Assembly: GCA_964517075.1 (NCBI GenBank)
Contig: CAZFAT010000360.1
Location: 1-42,414, forward strand
DNA length: 42,414 nucleotides
Source: an uncultured Solibacteraceae bacterium
GTDB taxonomy: Bacteria; Acidobacteriota; Vicinamibacteria; Vicinamibacterales; SCN-69-37
Direction: 5' to 3'
Of the stretch, positions 16,703 to 23,639 are shown in pieces. The notes under the pieces are model-generated. The model made no database searches and was not told where the DNA came from. It saw nothing but the letters and a program-made list of their open reading frames with translations. A program made the translations under genes and the position numbers. How positions within the stretch are numbered: the first letter of the stretch is position 1; each line of letters starts with the position of its first letter.

Positions 16703-17217
16703 CTGCCACCCGATGTCGACTTGGCGCCTGCCGGCGGGCGACCGCCGAGGTCGCGGTCGAGGTCGAGCAGGGACGCCGGGTCGTCGCGCACCATGTGGAA
16801 CCGGGCCACGATCTCGCGGACCGTCTTCTCTTCCTCGACCTGCTCGGTGATGAACCACTGCAGCTCGGCCATGGCCGCGAACACCTTCTCCTGGAAGGCC
16901 AGTTCGTACAGCGCGTCGATCTGACGGCTGACTTCTTGTTCCTGCGCCAGCGCGCGCTCGAACACGTCCACCACCGAAGTGAACTCGCTCCGCGGCTCGT
17001 CGATGCCCGCGAGCCGCACCGGGTGATTGCGCGCGAGCACGAAATTGAAGAGCTTCATGGCATGGCCGTGCTCCTCGGCGCTCTGCAGGCGCAGCCACCG
17101 GCCGGCGCCCATGAACTTGTGGTGTTCGCTCCAGCCGGCCATGGCGAGATAGGAGAAGGAGGCGCCAAACTCGGCGGCAATCTGGCGGGTGATGGCGTCC
17201 AGAACCTTCGGCGTCAT
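16699..17217 (-). CDS. ftn: bacterial non-heme ferritin
   Basis: Start set at ATG 17217 (MTPKVLDAITRQIAAEFGASFSYLAMAGW), which aligns with ferritin N-termini. QSAEEHGHAMKLFNFV and ALAQEQEV are ferroxidase-centre motifs. The track start at 17247 is rejected. Confidence 0.85.
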   Translation of the reverse strand: MTPKVLDAITRQIAAEFGASFSYLAMAGWSEHHKFMGAGRWLRLQSAEEHGHAMKLFNFVLARNHPVRLAGIDEPRSEFTSVVDVFERALAQEQEVSRQIDALYELAFQEKVFAAMAELQWFITEQVEEEKTVREIVARFHMVRDDPASLLDLDRDLGGRPPAGAKSTSGGS

Positions 17218-17253
17218 TGGCAGTATCTTACAGGCCTCCTTTATCATTGCGCG
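17218..17253. promoter_or_regulatory. 36-bp divergent spacer with back-to-back -10-like boxes
   Basis: TAAGAT (minus strand, 17225-17230) lies 7 nt before the ferritin ATG. TATCAT (plus strand, 17242-17247) lies 6 nt before the DUF3014 ATG. Neither gene has a correctly spaced SD. Confidence 0.45.
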
Positions 17254-18072
17254 ATGGCCCTCGACGACCTGCGCTATCAGCCCACCGGCGCGCCCTCGCC
17301 CGAGCCGCCGGCACGGCCGGGATGGCTCCGCTGGATCGCCGTCGCCGTGGCCGGCCTCGCGGCGGGGTCACTGCTCACCTTCTGGTGGATGAGCCGCGCG
17401 CAGCCGACGACCACCACGCCGGCGTCGACCACGGCGGCCGACGGGGGCACGACGTCGAAGCGGCCGGCGCCGCAGCCCATGCCGCTGCCGCCGCTGAGCG
17501 CGTCGGACTCCTTTCTGCGCGATCTGGTGTCCGCCTTGTCGCGGCATCCCACGCTGACCCGCTGGCTGGCGACGCCCGACCTCGTGCGCGGCGCGACGCT
17601 GGCCGTCCTGCAGATCGGCGATGGCCGCACGCCTGCCGTGCCGCTGCAGGCGCTCCGCCCGGAGAGTCGGGTGCAGATTACCGGGACGGAGACAGGCGCG
17701 GTGGACACGGGATCGTACCGGCGCTGGGAGCCGGCCGTCAGCGCGCTCACATCGATCGATCCCGGCGCGGCCGCACAAATCTACGTCAACGTCAAACCGC
17801 TGCTCGACGAGGCCTACCGGGAACTCGGCTATCCGGGGGGCAACTTCGACGAAGCGGTGACGCGCGCGATCCGCATGCTCGCCGAGACGCCCGGGGCGCC
17901 CGACGCCCCGGTGCTGCTCAGGCGGTCGGCCTACTTCGAGTACGAGGACGCGGCGCTGCGATCACTCCGGCCCGTGCAGAAGCAGTTCCTGCTGATCGGC
18001 CCCGACAGCCGGCGGCAGGTGCTCGCGTGGCTGCGCCGCTTTGCCGCGGCCCTGGACCTGCCGGCCGCCTAA
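17254..18072 (+). CDS. DUF3014-like single-pass membrane protein (tentative family)
   Basis: ATG 17254 lies within track ORF 16204..18072. One N-terminal TM (WLRWIAVAVAGLAAGSLLTFWW), a Thr/Pro linker, and a roughly 200-aa periplasmic domain. The family call is from memory of the architecture only. Confidence 0.6.
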   Translation: MALDDLRYQPTGAPSPEPPARPGWLRWIAVAVAGLAAGSLLTFWWMSRAQPTTTTPASTTAADGGTTSKRPAPQPMPLPPLSASDSFLRDLVSALSRHPTLTRWLATPDLVRGATLAVLQIGDGRTPAVPLQALRPESRVQITGTETGAVDTGSYRRWEPAVSALTSIDPGAAAQIYVNVKPLLDEAYRELGYPGGNFDEAVTRAIRMLAETPGAPDAPVLLRRSAYFEYEDAALRSLRPVQKQFLLIGPDSRRQVLAWLRRFAAALDLPAA

Positions 18073-18083
18073 TCCGGCCCGAT

Positions 18084-18112
18084 GCGCGGGGGCCCGCCCC
18101 TGCGCGGTTTGT
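18084..18112 (+). terminator. rho-independent-like terminator after the DUF3014 gene
   Basis: GCGCGGGGG-CCCG-CCCCTGCGC forms a 9-bp stem with one G-U pair, followed by GGTTTGT. It starts 12 nt after the stop at 18072. Confidence 0.5.
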
Positions 18113-18242
18113 CCGGGAACTGCGTTCGCTGGCAAACGGCGAGCCGCCGTCGTCCCGCCTGCGTGGTAGACTGGAGACCGCAAATTGCTCGTGCCGACCT
18201 CGCCTCCCGTCCCGCGAATTCTTCTCGCGCAGGTTCCTTGGA

Positions 18243-19055
18243 ATGACTGAAGCTGTCCTCAAGCGCAAGCAGTACGACCTCGGGGCGATGCTCCCCTTCG
18301 TGCTGCTTCATGCCTCCGTACTGCTGATCCTGACCGTGCCGTTCTCGGCCGCGATGATCGGGTGGCTGGCCGGGTCGTACTTCCTGCGCATGTTCGGCGT
18401 CACCGCCGGCTACCATCGCTATTTCAGTCACCGCGCCTTCAAGCTCAACCGCTTCTGGCAATTCTGCCTCGCGTTCCTGGCGCAGACGTCGGGCCAGAAG
18501 GGCGCGCTCTGGTGGGCGGCGCATCATCGCGACCACCATCTGCACTCGGACCGCAAGGAAGACCTGCACTCGCCGGTCCACGAAGGCTTCTGGTGGTCCC
18601 ACCTCGGCTGGATTCTCTCGGACGAGTACAACCACTACGACCCCAAGCGCATCGCCGACTTCAACCGGTACCCCGAGTTGCGCTGGCTCGATCGGTTCCA
18701 CCTGGCGCCCACGGTCCTCTACGCGGTCGCGATCTACATGATTGGCGGCTATCCGGCGCTGGTGTGGGGCTATTTCGTCGCGACGGTGGCCCTCTACCAC
18801 GGCACGTTTCTCATCAATTCCCTGTCACACATCTGGGGATCGCGCCGGTTCCCCACGCCCGACGAGAGCCGCAACAACTTCTGGCTGGCGCTCGTCACCC
18901 TCGGCGAGGGCTGGCACAACAACCACCACCACTTCATGTCGAGCGTCCGCCAGGGGATCCGCTGGTGGGAGATTGACGTGACGTTCTACGTGCTGCGCGT
19001 GTTGTCCTGGGTGCGCATCACCCGCGACCTCCGCGAGTTCAGGACGAGCGAGTAG
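18243..19055 (+). CDS. acyl-CoA (delta-9 type) fatty acid desaturase
   Basis: ATG 18243 lies within track ORF 17217..19055. Three His boxes are present: HRYFSH, HHRDHH and HNNHHH. NSLSHIWGSRRF is typical of membrane stearoyl-CoA-type desaturases. Confidence 0.88.
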   Translation: MTEAVLKRKQYDLGAMLPFVLLHASVLLILTVPFSAAMIGWLAGSYFLRMFGVTAGYHRYFSHRAFKLNRFWQFCLAFLAQTSGQKGALWWAAHHRDHHLHSDRKEDLHSPVHEGFWWSHLGWILSDEYNHYDPKRIADFNRYPELRWLDRFHLAPTVLYAVAIYMIGGYPALVWGYFVATVALYHGTFLINSLSHIWGSRRFPTPDESRNNFWLALVTLGEGWHNNHHHFMSSVRQGIRWWEIDVTFYVLRVLSWVRITRDLREFRTSE

Positions 19056-19066
19056 GCCCGTCGCGG

Positions 19067-20161
19067 CTACCTGCGGACCGCCGGCAGCGCATCGCGCAGC
19101 GGCGGCGCGAGAATCAGCGTGAGGGCGCGGCTGTAGCTGGCCGTCCCATCCGGCACCCGATTCGCCTTGAGATATTCGTCGTACACGCGCGACGCCGCGC
19201 GGCGCACGCGCGGCCGCTCGGCGCGCATCCGCCGGCCGATGGCCGCCAGGTCCTCGCGCACGCCCGGATCCAGCCGTGCCAGCGCGCGCGTGCGCACCTC
19301 GGCCGGCAGCGCGGCGGACGCTTCCATCAATAGATACAGACTGGCGCTGTAGCCGAGGGGCGCGCCCCCCTGCATGCACGCGAACCAGCCGATCGCGTTG
19401 GCCTCGGCTTCGTCGGCGTGGCCGGCCAGGTGCGCCCATTCATGCGCGAGCACGAACGGGCGCTCGAACGGCAGCAGATCCGGGTGGACGATCGGCTCGA
19501 GCCCGAACGGGTTGATCATGCCGTTGACGCCCGCCCACGTGTACCACTGCGTGAGCACCGCTGAGGTTTTGGGACGCCCCGGCTCGGCCAGGGCGGGCAG
19601 CTCGAGCCGCGTGAGTGCGACGTTCATCGGTTCCTCGAGCGCCGCCGCGACCTGCCGCATGTCCCACTCGGGCTCGCCGGCGACCGCGCGGCGGTAGTTC
19701 GCCGCCAGCGCGGCAACCTGCCCCACGGCCAACTCCAGGACCTCGACAGTGGGGCGCGGCGCCCGTTCACCCCGCAGGGTGGTTTCGAGCGGCAGCCGAC
19801 GGTAGTTGCACCCCCACGCCGTCACGAACACGATGATGACGAGGCCGACCGTGCGAATCAGACGGCGGACCCCTTCGGAGAGCGCGGCCAGCGGTCCGCG
19901 GCGCCAGGCGGTGCGCAGCAGCCAGACGATGCGCAGGAGGATGGCGCACACCGCCACGGCGATCAGCACGTCGAGCACGGCGAACGGCACGAGGTTGCTG
20001 ATCGACGTGAGGCCGCGCTGCACCCACCGGTACACCAGTCGCGAGTAGAACTCGTCGATGACACCCGCCGGCACCGGCAGGGCGATCATCAGCACGGCGA
20101 GCAGGCCGGCGGCCCACCACCCACGGACGGCGGCCGGCCGTTCTACGCTCGAGCGTGCCAT
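19067..20161 (-). CDS. DUF3810-like membrane-anchored putative zinc metallopeptidase
   Basis: N-terminal TM helices. VLAHEWAHLAGHADEAEAN contains HExxH. The start overlaps the ndh stop by 19 nt. Confidence 0.7.
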   Translation of the reverse strand: MARSSVERPAAVRGWWAAGLLAVLMIALPVPAGVIDEFYSRLVYRWVQRGLTSISNLVPFAVLDVLIAVAVCAILLRIVWLLRTAWRRGPLAALSEGVRRLIRTVGLVIIVFVTAWGCNYRRLPLETTLRGERAPRPTVEVLELAVGQVAALAANYRRAVAGEPEWDMRQVAAALEEPMNVALTRLELPALAEPGRPKTSAVLTQWYTWAGVNGMINPFGLEPIVHPDLLPFERPFVLAHEWAHLAGHADEAEANAIGWFACMQGGAPLGYSASLYLLMEASAALPAEVRTRALARLDPGVREDLAAIGRRMRAERPRVRRAASRVYDEYLKANRVPDGTASYSRALTLILAPPLRDALPAVRR

Positions 20162-21426
20162 TCGTCATCTCCCGTGATGAGTCGGACGCTGCGCTGATAG
20201 GTCATGTAGGACGACGCCCACTGCATCATCACCGACAGCCGGCTGCGAAAGCCAATCAGGTTGAAGATGTGCACGAACAGCCAGAAGAGCCAGGCGGGCA
20301 GCCCCTTCATCCGCAGGCGCGGCAGGTCGGCCACGGCCGAGTGCCGGCCGATGGTCGCGAGGTTCCCGAGGTTGCGATAGACGAAGGGGCGAGTCGGCGT
20401 GCCGGCGATCTGCCGGGTGATGTTCGCCGCGGCGTGCGCGGCCTGCTGCATCGCGACCTGCGCGACGCCCGGCAGCCAGCCGCCGTCGGCCGTGCGGAAC
20501 GCGGCCAGATCGCCGACGACGCTGATCGCGGACTGCCCCGGCACGGTGAGATCTTCCTGCACGATCACGCGCCCCGCCCGATCCAGGGGCACGCCGAGCG
20601 ACGCGCCCAGCGGCGACGCGGAGACACCGGCGGCCCAGAGCACCGTGCCCGCTTCGATCGTCTCGTCGCCGACGCGCACGCGGCCGGCACTCACGTCCGT
20701 CACCACGCTGCCCGTCCACACCGCGACGCCCAGGCGCTCGAGCGCCTGGCGCGCGAACTGCGACAGCTCCGCGGGATACGTCGGCAGGACCGCGGGCCCG
20801 CCTTCGATGAGGATGATGCGCGCTGACTCGGGATCGATCGCCCGGAAGTCGTTGGCGAGCGCGTGGCGCGAGATCTCGGCGAGCGATCCGGCCAGTTCGA
20901 CGCCCGTCGGTCCGCCGCCGATGACGACGAAAGTCAGCAGCCGCCGCTGCACGTGCCGGTCACGCGCGCGCTCGGCCTCCTCGAACGCCAGCAGCACGCG
21001 GCGCCGCATGTCGAGCGCGTCTTCGAGTGTCTTCAACCCCGGCGCGTGCGGACGCCATTCGTCGTGGCCGAAATAGGCGTGCGTCGCCCCCGCGGCGACG
21101 ATCAGGAAGTCGTAGCTCACCTCGCCGTCGGCGAGCCGTACGACACGCCGCGCCGGATCGATGGTGGTCACTTCGGCGAGCCAGACATGCAAGTTCCGGT
21201 GCTTGCGCAGGATCCAGCGAATGGGGGAGGCGATGTCGCCCGGCGACAGGCCGGCCGTGGCCACCTGATACAAAAGTGGCTGGAACACATGATGATTCCG
21301 TCGGTCGAGCAGAACGACGTCGACCGGCGCGTGGCGGAGGGCCCGCGCCGCACTCAGGCCGCCGAACCCGCCCCCGATGATCACGACCCTGGGTCGTGTC
21401 GTGCCCGCCCCGACTCCCTGTGACAC
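20143..21426 (-). CDS. ndh: type II NADH:quinone oxidoreductase (NDH-2)
   Basis: GTG start with GAGGAG 8 nt upstream. VVIIGGGFGGLSAARAL and VVIGGGPTGVELAG are two dinucleotide-binding folds. C-terminal membrane-association region. Confidence 0.85.
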   Translation of the reverse strand: MSQGVGAGTTRPRVVIIGGGFGGLSAARALRHAPVDVVLLDRRNHHVFQPLLYQVATAGLSPGDIASPIRWILRKHRNLHVWLAEVTTIDPARRVVRLADGEVSYDFLIVAAGATHAYFGHDEWRPHAPGLKTLEDALDMRRRVLLAFEEAERARDRHVQRRLLTFVVIGGGPTGVELAGSLAEISRHALANDFRAIDPESARIILIEGGPAVLPTYPAELSQFARQALERLGVAVWTGSVVTDVSAGRVRVGDETIEAGTVLWAAGVSASPLGASLGVPLDRAGRVIVQEDLTVPGQSAISVVGDLAAFRTADGGWLPGVAQVAMQQAAHAAANITRQIAGTPTRPFVYRNLGNLATIGRHSAVADLPRLRMKGLPAWLFWLFVHIFNLIGFRSRLSVMMQWASSYMTYQRSVRLITGDDEWHARA

Positions 21427-21441
21427 GAACGCCGCTCCTCT

Positions 21442-21465
21442 GCGGACGCCGGATCGGGCGTCCGC
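21442..21465. promoter_or_regulatory. perfect 9-bp inverted repeat GCGGACGCC-GGATCG-GGCGTCCGC (candidate operator)
   Basis: Read directly from the 65-bp divergent ndh / Mo-enzyme spacer. It lies about 16 nt upstream of the TACACT -10-like box at 21481-21486. Confidence 0.4.
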
Positions 21466-21491
21466 CGCGATCCGGACTGCTACACTGTGTC

Positions 21492-23531
21492 ATGCCTCGG
21501 CCTTCCGACGTGGCCCCCGCACGCCGGGGACGCACCGTCGTCCAGACGGCGTGTCCGCTCGACTGCCCGGACTCGTGCAGCCTCGCGGTGACCGTCGAAG
21601 GCGGTCGGGTCGTCGAGATTGCCGGCAGCAGTGTCGCACCCTCCACCCAGAACGTCATCTGCGGCAAGGTTCGCCGGTTCGACCGGCGCGTGTACGGCCC
21701 TGAGCGCGTGCTCTACCCGGCGGTCCGCACGGGCACGAAAGGCAGCGGCCAGTTCAGCCGCGTCACCTGGGACGAAGCGCTCGATCTCATCGTCGGGAAG
21801 CTGGAGGATGCGCGCGATCGGCACGGCGCCGAGTCCGTGCTGCCGTACTACTACGGCGGATCGAACGGCTTGCTGAGCAACGACTTCGAGGACGCCCGCT
21901 TCTTCCGTCGGTTCGGCGCCTCGCGGCTGGCGCGCACCCTGTGCGCCGCGCCCACCGGTGCGGCCGCCGACGCCATGTACGGGACGATGCCGGGCGTCGC
22001 CTACGCCGACTACGAGACCGCGCAGCTCATCGTCATCTGGGGCAGCAACCCGTCTGCGTCCGGCCTCCATCTGGTGGCGCACATCAAGCGCGCGCAGAAG
22101 GCCGGCGCGCGGCTGGTGGTCATCGATCCGCGCCGCACGCCGCTGGCCCGTCTCGCGGATCTGCACCTGCCGGTGCGGCCCGGCACGGACCTGCCGATCG
22201 CCCTCGCGGTCATCCGTGAACTCTTCGCGCAGGGGTGGGCCGATCGCGCGTTCCTGGACGCGCACGCCTCCGGCGCCGATCGACTCGTGGACGCGGCGGC
22301 GGGATGGACGCTCGACCGCGCAGCCGCCGAAGCGGGCGTGCCGGTGACGGACCTGGCGACCTTTGCGAGCTGGTACGGCACGACGTCGCCGGCCGTCATC
22401 CGCTGTGGCTGGGGCCAGGAGCGCAATCGCAATGGCGGATCGGCGACGCTGGCGATTCTGGCGCTGCCGGCCGTGGCCGGGAAGTTCGGCGTGCGGGGCG
22501 GCGGCTACACGATGAGCAACTCGGCGGCGTGGGGCATCAAGGCCGAGCATCTAGTCGACACGGCCGCGCCGCCCACCCGCGTGGTCAACATGAACCACCT
22601 CGGACGGGCGCTGACTGAATACGACCAGCCGCCCGTCACCGTGCTCTTCGTCTACAACTGCAATCCGCTCATGACCGTGCCCGATCAGAACCTGGTGCGG
22701 CGCGGGCTCGCGCGCGAGGACCTGTTCACCGTCGTCCACGAGCAGGTCATGACCGACACGGCGCACTTCGCCGACGTCGTGCTGCCGGCCACGACGTTCC
22801 TCGAGCACTACGACATCGCGAAAGGCTACGGCGCGTATCACCTGCACCTGGTGCAGCCGGCGATTGCGGCCGTCGGCGAGTCGCGCCCCAACCAGGAACT
22901 GTTCCGCGAGTTGAGCGTGCGCCTGGGCCTGACCCGTCCGGAGGAGGATGGCCTCGGCGAGGTCGGCGGGCTCATGGATGCCGCAGCAAAGCTGCCCGAC
23001 GGCCTTGCGCCGGCGATTCTGGAAGGCGCGCCGCTGCCGGCGCCCGGCGACGGCCGGCCGGTGCAGTTCGTGGACGTGCGGCCCCGCACGGCGGATGGCC
23101 GGGTTCACTTGTTTCCCGCGGCCCTGCCCGCCGCCGACGGCCTGTACACCTATCGCGCCGATCCGGCCTCGACGGACTTCCCGCTCTGCCTCATCTCGCC
23201 GGCCAGCGAGCACACGGTGTCGTCGACGCTGGCGGAGCTTCGGCCTGGCATCGCACGGGTCAAGATCCACCCGTCCGACGCCCTCGCCCGGATGATTGAG
23301 GAAGGCGACTCCGTGCGGATCTTCAATGGACTCGGCGAGGTGCACTGCGAGGCGCTCGTGACCCCGGAAGTGCCGGCCGGCACCCTCTCACTCGCCAAGG
23401 GCCTGTGGGCGCGCAGCACCTACAACGGCGGGACCGCCAACGCGCTCGTCCCCGACAGCCTGACCGACATCGGCGGCGGCGCGTGCTTCAACGACGCGAG
23501 GGTGCAGGTCGAGGTGTTGGCGAGACACTGA
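21492..23531 (+). CDS. molybdopterin (MopB superfamily) oxidoreductase, cytoplasmic, substrate unknown
   Basis: ATG 21492 (the track start at 21396 is rejected). N-terminal Fe-S Cys motif CPLDCPDSC...ICGK. Roughly 680 aa with a MopB-like core and a C-terminal barrel-like region (RIHPSDA, VRIFNGLGEV). No Tat signal and no in-frame TGA. Confidence 0.8.
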   Translation: MPRPSDVAPARRGRTVVQTACPLDCPDSCSLAVTVEGGRVVEIAGSSVAPSTQNVICGKVRRFDRRVYGPERVLYPAVRTGTKGSGQFSRVTWDEALDLIVGKLEDARDRHGAESVLPYYYGGSNGLLSNDFEDARFFRRFGASRLARTLCAAPTGAAADAMYGTMPGVAYADYETAQLIVIWGSNPSASGLHLVAHIKRAQKAGARLVVIDPRRTPLARLADLHLPVRPGTDLPIALAVIRELFAQGWADRAFLDAHASGADRLVDAAAGWTLDRAAAEAGVPVTDLATFASWYGTTSPAVIRCGWGQERNRNGGSATLAILALPAVAGKFGVRGGGYTMSNSAAWGIKAEHLVDTAAPPTRVVNMNHLGRALTEYDQPPVTVLFVYNCNPLMTVPDQNLVRRGLAREDLFTVVHEQVMTDTAHFADVVLPATTFLEHYDIAKGYGAYHLHLVQPAIAAVGESRPNQELFRELSVRLGLTRPEEDGLGEVGGLMDAAAKLPDGLAPAILEGAPLPAPGDGRPVQFVDVRPRTADGRVHLFPAALPAADGLYTYRADPASTDFPLCLISPASEHTVSSTLAELRPGIARVKIHPSDALARMIEEGDSVRIFNGLGEVHCEALVTPEVPAGTLSLAKGLWARSTYNGGTANALVPDSLTDIGGGACFNDARVQVEVLARH

Positions 23532-23533
23532 GA

Positions 23534-23628
23534 AGGTTAAAGGTTAGAGGTTAGAGGTTAGAGGTTAGAGGTTAGAGGTTAACAAAGGTTCTTAGACCAC
23601 CAACCTTTTACCTGTAACCTGCAACCTG
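23534..23628. repeat. heptamer tandem repeat (AGGTTAA, AGGTTAG x5, AGGTTAA, degenerate AGGTTCT) followed by an inverted array of four NAACCTG-like heptamers
   Basis: Counted directly. The plus-orientation array spans 23534-23592. CAACCTT TTACCTG TAACCTG CAACCTG occupy 23601-23628. The element lies between convergent stops at 23531 and 23640. Confidence 0.8.
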
Positions 23629-23639
23629 ATCTTGTCCAC

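Noticed and set aside
16204-19055. Track ORFs 16204..18072(+) and 17217..19055(+) taken as 600-aa proteins
   Set aside because: Only the C-terminal parts are coding: DUF3014-like from 17254 and the desaturase from 18243. The N-terminal parts overlap pruA, STAS and ferritin in wrong frames.
21492-23531. Possible selenocysteine (in-frame TGA) or Tat leader in the molybdoenzyme
   Set aside because: The ORF is uninterrupted from ATG to stop. The N-terminus (MPRPSDVAPARRGRTVVQTACPLDC) has paired Arg residues but no hydrophobic h-region.
23534-23628. Heptamer array as a CRISPR array or as telomere-like repeats
   Set aside because: The period is 7 bp with no spacers, so it is not CRISPR. The AGGTTAG unit is not a circular permutation of the canonical TTAGGG or TTTAGGG repeats. 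The element is internal, between two convergent genes.
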